From NCBI GenBank assembly GCA_951406725.2, contig OX597823.1:107198001-107262000 (forward strand): a DNA stretch of 64,000 nucleotides, given 5' to 3'. Positions 1 through 11,359 of this stretch are shown here, one piece after another. Both the position numbers and the translations under genes were made by a program. Each line of letters starts with the position of its first letter. Positions within the stretch are counted from its first letter, which is position 1. This DNA is from Octopus vulgaris (Eukaryota). The notes under the pieces are model-generated. The model was not told the DNA's origin. It was given only the letters and a program-made list of their open reading frames with translations, and made no database searches.

Positions 1-316
1 TGGTAAAATCAGTTCAAATCGAGTTCATAATTAATATATTATTTTGAAGTATAATTCATAATTGATAACCTCACGGAGCAGTGAGGGATAGGCATTTGGT
101 CACCATTATCTAGCCTCCCCCACTCTCCCTCATTCAGCGTGTGAGAGAAAGGATGTGTGAGTGTGATGCATTAACTATTCGACAATTACGTTAATAAACT
201 ACATTTACGTAATCTAGAGTATGCATTATCATATACGAATAAATTCTCATATGAATGCAACGCCGTCAGTTCATACACACACACAAACAGACACGCATAT
301 ATATATGCATATACAT

Positions 317-626
317 ATCACGTGATCACGTGACCGACCAGACCATCAGATGTTGTTACACATCGCTGGTCACAATGCGTTCGCATTGTTTTAGCCTTCG
401 AATGACGCCACCCCGCTGGCTAAGCGAGCAGGCCAACAGAAGAAAGAGTGGGAGAAAGAGTGGTGAAAGAGTACAGCAGGGATCACCACCAGCCCCTGCC
501 GGAGCCTCGTGGAGCTTTTAGGTGTTTTCGCTCAATAAACACTCACAACGCCCGGTCTGGGAATCGAAACCGCGATCCTACGACCACGAGTCCGCTGCCC
601 TAACCACTGGGCCATTGCGCCTCCAC
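317..626 (-). mobile_element. tRNA-derived SINE (family C), apparently full length
   Basis: Minus strand starts GGAGGCGCAATGGCCCAGTGGTTAGGGCAGCGGACTCGTGGTCGTAGGATCGCGGTTTCGATTCCCAGACC, with a Pol III A-box (TGGCCCAGTGG) and B-box (GGTTTCGATTCC). A non-tRNA body follows and ends in GTCACGTGATCACGTGAT. It lies between TA-rich microsatellites. Confidence 0.8.
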
Positions 627-715
627 GCATATACATATATACACACACATATATATATATATACTTATATAATATACATGTGTACATACGCACACACACA
701 CATACACATAGCCGA

Positions 716-790
716 AGCCGGGGCTGAGTGGTAAGAAGTTTGCTTCCTAACCACATAGAGGCCCGGTTTCAGTCCCACTGCATGGCACCT
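716..790 (+). mobile_element. Degenerate 5' head fragment of SINE family A
   Basis: GGCTGAGTGGTAAGAAGTTTGCTTCCTAACCACAT...CAGTCCCACTGCATGGCACCT matches the head of the copy at 15116-15200. Confidence 0.7.
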
Positions 791-1127
791 ATTCTTTCGG
801 CAAAATATAATGAATGGTATATGTTCGCTAATAAGATTATCAGATTGTCGTCGGAAACTTTAACATATATATATATATATATATATATATGTTAATAAAA
901 TATATGCATATATATAAACATATATGTACGTACCTACCTCTACATGTACATATACACGCATATATGTGTACAGGACACCAAAAGGACGTCGAACACATAG
1001 AGAGACGAAAAACATAGACACAAACGAAGGAACAAGACAAGCAAAAAAAGGAGATACAGGACAATAAGCACAACGAAAAATCCCCTTCTTCAGTCGCTAA
1101 AGTTTCATCTACTAAACGTTTCGAAGG

Positions 1128-1168
<41 letters not shown>

Positions 1169-1834
1169 GTGTGTGTGTGTGTGTGTGAGTTATTTAAAAG
1201 TTCCTTTAGCATTAGTATTAGCCGGCTAACAACCGACATGTGAAGCCATTTGAACTTCATAATTGCATATCTTGCACCCTTTCTTTCTAACCCTACCTCC
1301 TACCCCCTACTTCCAACTAGACATTATTCATCCATCTCCCTACAGCTGGCATTAAACCTCCCGGTTGTAGTCTTCTTTTGACTGCTACGGTTTTTAGGGA
1401 TTCTAGAGTAACTGCTCAGCAACGCTTCTGGACAGTAGTACCAGCCGCTGGGATCACAGCAGATAGTAAAACTTCTTATGTCTAAATACATAACTAGGAT
1501 TACCGTAGTACTGCACTATTTTAATGATAATGAATTTTCTTTCATATTTTGATAATTATATTTTTTCTAAAAGATACAAAGCTATATATTTATCAAAATA
1601 TATTCACAACAAAATGTAATGAAAATAAATACAACGTTGTAAAAAAAGAAAACCTTGATAGCGCATTTAAATGCTGAGAACAATTCTGAAGATATATACC
1701 TACACATATATATTCATACATTTGTGTATGTGTCTGTGTATCGATATACACATACATACGCCCTAGGGTGCATCGTCAGTGATGTATCTTTGATCTCTGA
1801 GAGTTTCAGTTTTTGAAACATGAGACTCCACCGC

Positions 1835-1891
<57 letters not shown>

Positions 1892-2359
1892 CACTATGGG
1901 CTCCGTGTGAGCAGTCATCTAAAAGTTTTTTGTGCATCTTGATGTTGACATAAGTTCCTTGCTTTTCCTGATGAGAAAGCGCATAATATACTCCTTATTC
2001 CTTCGCATATGTCGAAAATAAAGGAATTTTGTTAATTCGTCATTCAACTCCATTCTTTCATATATATATATATATTTCATTATATTATAGTATATTATAA
2101 TATATTCATCACCCTAGTATATTTTGAAGATACAACGTATATGACAGAATCTAGAGTGGGACTATTGCGTTCATCGTTGCCCTCTACACCACATGTCACA
2201 ATCATTTCACTTAAATATCTCTCAAGAAACGAACATACATATACATACAAGCAGTTATATATACGAGCACTTCCGGCGGTATATGTGTATTGCTTGATGA
2301 GAAACATTCAAATAGATTTACCAATACATATACACACAGATACCGACTCTCTCCACACA

Positions 2360-2398
<39 letters not shown>

Positions 2399-3729
2399 CA
2401 AATTCACATACACACACGCACCGCACATGTATCTAAAAACCGTAAGTGAACATATAGAAACACACCCAGACTTATTTACTAACCCAGAGAAGCGCATACT
2501 TACAAATATATAATAGATATATTACCAAGGAACAGCGGGGGTAACAAGTTAAAGAGATAACAACGAAAAGCTATAAAGTGTTACAAGAATTTTATCTGAA
2601 ACATGCCAAAAAGTGATATGGAAATTGTCAAAATTTTGACATGGTCGGTTTGATGTGATTAAACTGAAATTAAATTATTTAATTTAATTTAATTAATTAA
2701 GCGAATTAATAGCTTCATTTGGATCTAGGATCGGTAACGCTTTCCCCTCTTTTGCCGCCAACAGCATCGCAAAACAATGGCATCTCCCGCCTTTTCCCTT
2801 TCTCTCTTGATTTTGAGTCTCTAATCGATCCATCCAGTTGGAACGCTAATAAAATCTTCTCGGCCAATTCCAACTTGCATGTTCTCACCCGATTGTAACT
2901 ACGTTAATCTAACGTTATCATCTATAAATTAGCACCAGTGATTCTGGTAGTCTTCCACTTCTTCCCATTATTATTGTCGTTGCCGTTTCTGTATCAGTTG
3001 TTGTTGTTTTGGAGGGCTTCCCAGAATTGGCCGATATATATGGTAACACGACAGATTGTCTTCTCGCTTTTATTCATTCAGTCATCATATATTATTATTT
3101 TTTATTCATTTCTTCTTTCTTTTTAATACGTGAAGTTAAAATTTCATTTGTCCTACTTCTTTTGTTGCAGATGTTGTTTTTGCGTTGTTGTTGTTGTTGT
3201 TGTTGCTGCTGCTGATCTTTTTGATATTAAAATTTTGATCTAGAATTTTTATAGATAAACGATTTAAACGGCTGTCGACTGACACACACTTCCAAACATT
3301 GATTTCATGCTATCCTCCTCTCATAACCTCTTCTCTCTCTCTCTCTCTCCCCCTCATTTGTCCTCCTTTACAGCTTCTACAAACTTTTCTTCTATCTTCC
3401 TCTCCTTCACTCTCCCTCTCTTCAGTATTATAACTCCACCTCTCTTCCTTCGTTCTTATAACTTCTATTTACCTCTTCTATTCTTTTCCCCGTACTCTCT
3501 TTTCCATATTTTCTTTTATATTATAGCTTCTACCTACTCCCTCTTCCAACTCCCCACCCTCTCCCTTTATATCTCAAATACATTGAGACTTTGTTCCCTT
3601 CTCATTCTCTGCTTTGTTTTCTCTTTTCCTTTCTTTTTATCACTTTCCTCTCCCTCCACTACTCTCTAAATTCGTATATATGTGTATGTATGTATGTATA
3701 GAGAGACTTAGTAATTTTAATATTTCTAT

Positions 3730-3771
<42 letters not shown>

Positions 3772-4187
3772 CACACGCGCGCAGACATAGATACGCACGT
3801 GTGTGTGTGTATGTGTGTGTGTGTGTGAATATTATTTCACACTTGTACACTTACTTGTATATATCTATCAATTTATCAGCTGGCCAACCTATTTATGATT
3901 TTCTTACTCTAATTCGTTCTCTTGCCCTCACTCACAGCCCCTCACTCATTTCCTCACACTCATTCTCTTTTTCGTGGTGAAATCTTTAGAATTACAGATA
4001 AAACTGACATTTGATTTACATCTTTTAAAATTCCGAGTCCAAATGCTGTCCACCTCGGTTTCGTCAGTTAACCCTTACTAATACGATAGCGCTATCGAAG
4101 TAGGGGAGCCAGTAAAACTGACTTGGTCTTTGAACTCGATGCTCTAGCGTAGCTGTAACCCAAACGGTGGGGTATGCATGTGAGTAG

Positions 4188-4261
<74 letters not shown>

Positions 4262-4761
4262 TACATACATACAAACATACATACATGCGGACTCACACAC
4301 ACACATATATTCTCGGTTGTATCACCAAACTTATATGTATATGTATGTGTGTATATATACATATATAGATATACATTTATACATATATATTTATATATAT
4401 ATATGTGTATGTATGTATGTATGTATGTATGTATGTATGTATGTATGTATGTATGTATGCATGTGTTAGTGTCTGATGTTTCTCTGCTCCCTCAGATACT
4501 GCCCTCTGTTCTCTCAGCCTTAGATATACAAGGGAATTGATAAACTAGTCTATAAATTAAAACTGACCCCATAAAAACAAAAAAAAAATCAGTGACAGAC
4601 ACAAGTCTGTAACAATGTATATCTTCTTGAAAACCTTAGTAACTTCTATGCTGGTGTGAGACAGCATGTTCTTTGTCTATCTTCTTAACTTCTTGGAGAT
4701 TTTATGTATGATTATTCTAATGTGTCCGTCTGTTCTAATCTAATTAAATTCCATGTCTTTG

Positions 4762-4848
4762 TTCAGCTGAAGATTGCTCTGCATTTTAAATTGATACAAT
4801 GATTGCATTGTTCAACTAAATGGAGTTGCATGAAACAATCGTACTGCA
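4762..4848 (+). ncRNA. Type I minimal hammerhead ribozyme-like motif with long stem II
   Basis: cag-CTGAAGA-[hairpin including acaatg/cattgt and ttga/tcaa]-GAAA-C-AATC-G-TA-ctg. The core boxes are in the correct order, stem I is cag/ctg and the cleavage triplet is GUA. Confidence 0.55.
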
Positions 4849-4872
4849 TTACCGCTGGATATCCTTAATGCT

Positions 4873-4903
<31 letters not shown>

Positions 4904-5280
4904 CGTCCTAGTCGAAAGACGCCTGTTCATGATGTCCTGTTATTGTTATTAATATTATTATCATTGTTTTACGTATTCATATTCGTGTAACATCGTCCGT
5001 TTTTCTGTCCTTGTTTTGTATACATTCGAAGCGTTCTTCCAAGGAATCTAATGCGCTTAGCTTAGTTTTTTCCTTGGGGCTGGCCAGATTGGAGCAATCT
5101 CAAGATTAATCAGCCGAAATTGCGAGGATGATCCGGTTCTTGACTGAAGATCGAAGGCTTCGAATGTCCGTGCTTTTTGTGTCGTCATCAAAATGTTTTG
5201 CATTCTTGTCCCAGTTTGTATTTTTTATACATATATATATATATATATAGCGGCGTACGTACGCTCTCTCTTATATACAT

Positions 5281-5367
<87 letters not shown>

Positions 5368-5369
<2 letters not shown>

Positions 5370-5568
5370 GGAGTAAACACATAAATGTGAAACAAGGTGG
5401 AAAAGAGTACTCAAATACCAGTGGTAGATTAATATGCTTTATTTAAAGCAGCAGAAAATTCAACAAAACCTGTTACTCTGAGTTTCCCGTTGCCGTTCAT
5501 CGGACAGTTTTTGCTAGCAGAGTAACAGAGTAACAGGTTTTATTGAATTTTCTGCTGCTTTAAATAAA

Positions 5569-5574
<6 letters not shown>
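5368..5574 (-). mobile_element. Penelope-type terminal-repeat fragment with inverted duplication and hammerhead-like motif
   Basis: Inverted arms at 5432-5480 and 5527-5574. Homologous to 44360-44510 (cataaatgtgaaacaag...taatatgctttatt...actcwgagtttc...tcggacagtttt), which lies on the same strand downstream of a Penelope GIY-YIG region. Confidence 0.55.
5470..5507 (-). ncRNA. Minimal hammerhead-like motif, non-canonical core (CCGAUGA)
   Basis: Minus strand reads ctgt-CCGATGA-acgGCAAcgg-GAAA-ctcagag-TA-acag. Stem I (ctgt/acag) is perfect and stem III is near-palindromic. Confidence 0.5.
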
Positions 5575-5650
<76 letters not shown>

Positions 5651-5658
<8 letters not shown>

Positions 5659-6040
5659 AAACAAGTCAAAAATAGAAAATGCTAAGATAATTTTATAGTG
5701 AATCTTTCAGTACCGGTTTCGGTCATTTTGAGACCTTTTCAACTGTAACGATTAAATAATTAAATTTAGAAAAATTAGAAGAAAAGTTTTTTTAAAAGAA
5801 TATTTCTATAGTAGTGTTCAGATATAAGTAGCATTCTGCCTTTCTCTGACTCCCTTGTTTGCACTTGTGTGTTCGAGGTCGTTGTGAGTTCTTGGTAGGG
5901 TAGGTGAAGAATAAGGAGGCTGATGTGGAGAGGGGGTGGTGAAATCTGGGAATGCCTTGATGGTCGTATTTTGAATGGTACTGAAAGATTCACTATAAAA
6001 TTATCTTAGCATTTTCTATTTTTGACTTGTTTTTTCATAT
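5651..6040. repeat. Perfect 64-bp inverted repeat (5651-5714 / 5977-6040), probable Penelope terminal-repeat derivative
   Basis: atatgaaaaaacaagtc...gaatctttcagtacc and its exact reverse complement ggtactgaaagattc...gacttgttttttcatat. Confidence 0.85.
5705..5748 (-). ncRNA. Minimal hammerhead motif with U3-A8 core variant
   Basis: Minus strand reads cag-TTGAAAA-ggtc-tcaaaat-gacc-GAAA-CCGG-TA-ctg. Stem II is a perfect 4 bp, stem I is cag/ctg and stem III is the palindrome ACCGGT. Confidence 0.6.
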
Positions 6041-6114
6041 ATATCAACTCGTGTGTTCCTTTCCACCCTTATACATATATATATATATATACATACATAC
6101 ATATACATATGTGT

Positions 6115-8960
6115 ATATGGTAGAGATGCTGTATACTCCGTGAAAACCTTATGCCTCAGGCCCTACTGTCACGCTCAAATTCAGTATGTAAGATTCAAAT
6201 TGTATACATAAGACAATACAATATAATCATATGCAATACATATCGCCCACCGGATACTCCAAACCACACGGGCAAGTTCGAAGATGGCCGCACAAAAATT
6301 TTCTAAAAAATTGAATTCGAAAGAAAAAAAAACCGTCATGAAACTGGAACATCACATGAATGTGTTTCTTATGGGTGATTTCAACTTCCTAAGTATCAAA
6401 TGGCCCGAAGACCTCATGCTCTAAGGAATGACTTATTGCAAGCAAGTACCGGTGGATTCCCTGCTCAATCTCACCAATGCCCTATTCATTGAGCAAATTG
6501 TGCTCCGACCAACCAGGGCAAATAGTATATTGGATCTCTGCTTCACAAACAACATGGACGTCGTTCATAATGTGAAAGTAGCGCCGACGCTAGTTTTGTA
6601 TCACGACGTAATAGAGCTGTCTATGTATGGACCAAAAGTAGCCAGAGACATACAGCCTAAGGGAGGCACCCACAATCTCTCTAATCGGAACTTCCACAAA
6701 GCAGACAAGAAATCGACCCAAAAAGAGATCCTCAGACAGAACTGGCCAAAATATGTCTCCACACCAGACATTAGCATGAAACTAGAATATTTCATGTCTG
6801 TTATGCAAACAATATGCCAGAAATATGTCCCAGAGCACAAGTCCAACTCAAAAAGACACGACATTCAAAGGGAGAGGAAGATCCTCATGAGACGACGGAC
6901 GAAAGTTGCAAATCACTTCAACCAGCACCCTAAAGGTAGTGAAAGGTCCCGCCTAAATTCAACACTGATGGAGGTTGAAAAAAGCCGGCAACAATCCTAT
7001 GTGAAGGAGAGAGCAGAGAAAGAAACCTTGGTTATGAAAAAAAAAAAGCTTGAAGTCAAACCCAAAGGCCTTTCATTATGCGAAATAAACGACCTCAGTA
7101 CGCTGCAAAATAAGCCCCCACTTCCAGAAGAATGGCTCCCTCACAGATAACCCAACCAGGATCAAATGAGGGGCTAAATGACCAGTTCGAAAGTATTTTT
7201 AACACCACGTTGGAACACAGACAAGTGAACGAACCAGTGGGTTTCTTTGCCGCATCACTTATAACAAGTGAGGCAGTTACGATGGATTACATAGACATTG
7301 GTGAAGAAGATATAATACTAGCCACAGATGAGGTGGACGTAAACTCAGCTGATGGCCCTGATGGTTTCCCAGCGATCCTCCTCAAATCGTGCAACCATGC
7401 CCTGGCAAAACCACTACAGATTCTCTTCCAGAGTTTTGTTGCAACTAGCAAGCTGCAAAGCAAACGAAAGGAAGGAATGATATGCCCAAACCATAAAGGA
7501 GGAAGCAGAGCAGATGCCAAAAACTATAGGCCTATCTCTCTGACTTCACACATCAGCAAATTCATAGAAAGAAAAGTCAGAAGGAAACTAGTTGCACTCC
7601 TTGAAGAAAGCGATTTGCTGAGTGATACCCAGCATGGTTTTCGACCAGGTAAGAGCTGGCTGACCCAGCTCCTATAGCATTATGACTGGGTGTTGAAACA
7701 GTTACTCGACAATTCAAAATTGGACGTAATATACCTTGAATTTGCAAAAGCTTTTGTTAAAATTGATCATGGTATGATATGCCACAAGCTGTGCGATCTT
7801 GGCATAGCTGGAAAACTTGGAGAGTGGTTACATAACTTTCTGAAAGATAGAAGTCAGGCAGTGATGGCCAATGGAGCTACCTCAAAGGAAACACAAATAG
7901 TTAGTGGTGTTCCACAGGGCAGTCTTGGGACCATTGTTTTTCATAGTGGCCCTCTCAGATATGCCCTCAGCTGCCCAGCTAGCCACCCTAATTAGCCACG
8001 CAGACGAAACGAAAGTTTCGCAGAAAAGACAAAACCCTAGCGATGCTGCACGCCTGCAGCAGGAGTTGGTTGCACTTTACAGATGGTCTGAGTACAATAA
8101 TATGTAATTTAATGCTGGAAAATTCGAAGCCCTGCGCTACCAACACACAAAGCTGAACGAAAACCTTACAGGGTACACTGGCCCAGGAGCGATTACAATC
8201 CCAGAACTTAAATCAGAGCGTGACCTGGGTATCGACATAAGTGGTGATACTTCTTTCCAAGTGCACATTACCAACATGGCGACAAAGTGCAAACGGCTGG
8301 CTGGGTGGATTCTGAGAACCTTCAGAACCAGAGAAAAAGAAACCATGATGATCCTCTGGAGAACATTCATCCTCAGCCGTTTGGATTATTGCTCCCAAAT
8401 ATGGTCACCCCACAGTGTAAAGTTAACAGCTGAACTTGAAGCAATCCAGCGAATCTAGACAAAGAAGATCGTCTCTTTGCAACAGCTCAACTACTGGGAA
8501 AAACTGAAATAGCTAAGACCCTACAACCAGGAGCGCAGGCGGAAGAGATATGCTGTAATATACATTTGGAAGATCCTGTAAGGGATTGTGCCAAATTTTG
8601 GCACTGAAAGCTACAAAAATGCAAGAACGGGTTCCACTGCACAGTGCCAAAGATCCCAGCAATACCGTCGCGCTTCAGGACCAGTTATTGCAACAGTCTG
8701 GGTTTCAGGGGCCCGCAACTTTTAAATATTCTCCCGAAGAGCTTGAAGGGCCTATACAAAGTGGATGTAGGTATTTTGAAAACAAAATTGGATCTCTTCT
8801 TGGAGAGAGTCCCAGATGAACGAGACACAAATGAGGGCAGCTACATCAAACTCACTTATTGACCAAATGTCACATATCAGAAGAGACTCTCAGTAATAAG
8901 AGTGTACCAAACGGCGGTGCCCCAGCATGGCTACAGCTTTGAGCTGAAGTCGATAAAAAA
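6115..8960 (+). mobile_element. 5'-truncated CR1/L2-group LINE; ORF2 pseudogene (AP endonuclease + reverse transcriptase) with 3' UTR
   Basis: APE motifs YRPP (~6240), MGDFN (~6371) and PTRANSILDLCFTN. RT motifs GPDGFP, NYRPISLTSHISKFIE, QHGFRPGKS, DVIYLEFAKAF, SGVPQG..LGPLFF, LDYCSQIWSP and C-terminal KTKLDLFLERVPDE. Many stops and frameshifts; the tail ends in a stem-loop plus an A-run. Confidence 0.92.
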
Positions 8961-9024
8961 TACATACATACACATACATAATATATATACATATATACAT
9001 ATACACAGACATACATATATATAT

Positions 9025-9349
9025 GAGTCTTACGATTCTAATCCAGAAACGTACGTCCATAATCAACCGAAGACTGTGATTTCATTATTTTTCTTCTTTT
9101 TTTGCCATATGTGAGTTACAAATATTGTTGTCTGTGTAGACTTATTTTTGTAGTAAAAGGAACTAGTAGTCTTCTGGCTGCTATTTCTAAAATTTTCGGT
9201 ATGTGGTTTAAGCAACTTGTTGCAAAAAACCCTTATTATTATAATTATATAAATTTTTACTGAATATGGTCCTTTTCCATACCGAAATACTACTAGGTGA
9301 AATTTGTTGATTTTATTAAATGAATTATATTTCACCCTATATCTGTAAT

Positions 9350-9350
<1 letters not shown>
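9025..9350 (+). mobile_element. Probable Penelope terminal-repeat fragment beginning with the 3' half of a hammerhead
   Basis: A gagtc-ttac-gattc hairpin is followed by GAAAC-GTAC-GTC-cat (palindromic loop, GUC site). The CUGANGA box is missing where the upstream (TA)n tract begins. Confidence 0.4.
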
Positions 9351-9413
<63 letters not shown>

Positions 9414-9518
9414 ATGTATGTATGTATATGCACACACATATAAATATAATGTGCGTACATATATATATATATATATATTGTAAATATATGTGTGTATATA
9501 TACATACATATATATATG

Positions 9519-9601
<83 letters not shown>

Positions 9602-10537
9602 AAATATATACAGTATACATATATCTATACACACACATATTGATACACAGTGTATAAATATATATATATATATACATAAACGGTTGTGAATGTATGTATG
9701 TTTTTGAAAGTATATGTACATAACATACATCATAGCGTCCTTATTGAAAAGGCTTTTAGATTATCCCTAAAAGTAGCAGAAACAACTAAGGAATTAAAGG
9801 ATAAAACAAATGTTAATTAATAATGGATATTGAAATAATTTAGCAGTCTAAATTATACAGCAATATAGAAACAAAACCAACGCAATAATTACAAAAACGT
9901 ATAGAAAACGTAAACATACAACGCAAGAATTGTGTTACGGATAAACAAAACGCTTCCTGGTTATAGAATAGATGAAAGCATTATCATCCCCAAATCCCAT
10001 TAAACAGAATACAACATGCATTACTCCCAATCATAAACTAGAAATAATCATATATTAAAAGACCACGAAAATTAAAAATCTGATCGACAACAAACCATAA
10101 ACCAGCATGCAACCAAACAAAATTCACTTAACTAATGTAATTTGTAAATTTAGATGAATGTATGGAAATTGTATACTTTCATAAGTCTTGCACTTCAATT
10201 GCAGTATCTCGTCCGTTGACCATGCATCGACAACAAACAGACATTGCAACGCATACCGAAGCAGAAAATAGCCCAAGTTGAAAAATTTATAATCTTATAT
10301 AGAATTTTAAAAACAAGAAGGATCTAGATAGATAATTATGGACGCTACATTCATTGCAAAATATGACTTGAATTTCAACAGAAATGAACATCCATAGCTA
10401 CTCATTAATACCAACCATCACCAACCATCACAGCTGCACAGTTTTCTCTTTGGTAATAGAATTCCGACGTAAACGATCAAACATCTCAAGACTGACATCG
10501 AAGATTAAGTAAATATCACATTATCTCCATATTAATT

Positions 10538-10740
10538 AAGGCGACGGGCTGAGACAATCTTTTAATATGCCGGTCAGAAATCTTCACGGCATTTATCCCG
10601 GCTCTATACGTTCTGAGTTCAATTGCCGCCGGGGTCGACTTTGTTTTTCCTCATTTTAGGGTCGGTGAAATAGGTACCAGTTGAGTACTAGGGTCGATGT
10701 AAACGACTTGACCTGCATCCTTGTGCCGAAATTTGCAACT
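10538..10740 (+). mobile_element. SINE-like repeat family B, diverged copy
   Basis: aaggcgacg...cgttctgagttcaattgccgccggggtcgactttg...gtaccagttgagtactagggtcgatgtaa...ccttgtgccgaaattt; matches the minus-strand copies at 20130 and 30077. Confidence 0.7.
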
Positions 10741-10814
10741 ATTATTTTCATGACAGTTGTTTACAATACAACATATAATAATGCTGCATCTAGAAGCCTT
10801 TTATATAATAAATA

Positions 10815-11359
10815 CTAGCTTAAACGATGCAATCTGTGCAGACTTTTGTGCTAGCTCCTGCGGAGGGCTAATTAGGTCTGCGGCCCAAAACAGAGGAGTG
10901 CTAAATACCATGACTACAATACGTCTATAATGACTATATGTCCCGAAGGTGTTTGATTAGAGGTTAAGAATGGATGAGAATTAAGTCTGTAATGCAATCA
11001 TTCTATTGTTCCAGTCCCGAGTTGAAGTCCAATTGTTGGCGAATTTTCTCAAAGTTTTTATTCAACGTAAAATTAACCAAGCGAATGTCATTTATCTCCC
11101 ATTTGATCTCTGACGTCATCTGACAAACGCCAACCAAGATGGCGTGAATTAGCCAAGCTTTACCTGCTAGAAATAACGACCTAAATGCTTTTAAATCAGA
11201 TCCCAATGTGGGATGTTCAAGAACCAAATGATGGCCAGATTTTCAGTCCCAGAATCATTCTGATTCCAAAAAGGTATACTATGTCTACGTAAAGCAAATG
11301 TAGACAAAGATACAGGGGTCCCAGACGGACAGACAGAATTTATCTATCATTATTATAGA
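10815..11359 (-). mobile_element. Putative non-autonomous Helitron
   Basis: Minus strand begins TCTATAATAATGATAG...TGTCTGTCCGTCTG and ends CTAG|T, the same terminal pattern as the elements at 38741 and 56372. The subterminal hairpin is degenerate. Confidence 0.45.

Noticed and set aside
550-626. Possible tRNA gene
   Set aside because: It has A and B boxes but no proper acceptor stem, and it continues into a SINE body.
1075-1130. Minus-strand GAAAC...CTGAAGA as a permuted hammerhead
   Set aside because: No convincing stem I or stem III pairing.
1965-2030. CTGATGA...GAAA hammerhead candidate
   Set aside because: No NUH cleavage site or stem III, and stem II is poor.
9780-10500. Possible very old Penelope GIY-YIG remnant (LTMHRQQ)
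   Set aside because: Too decayed to support by eye.
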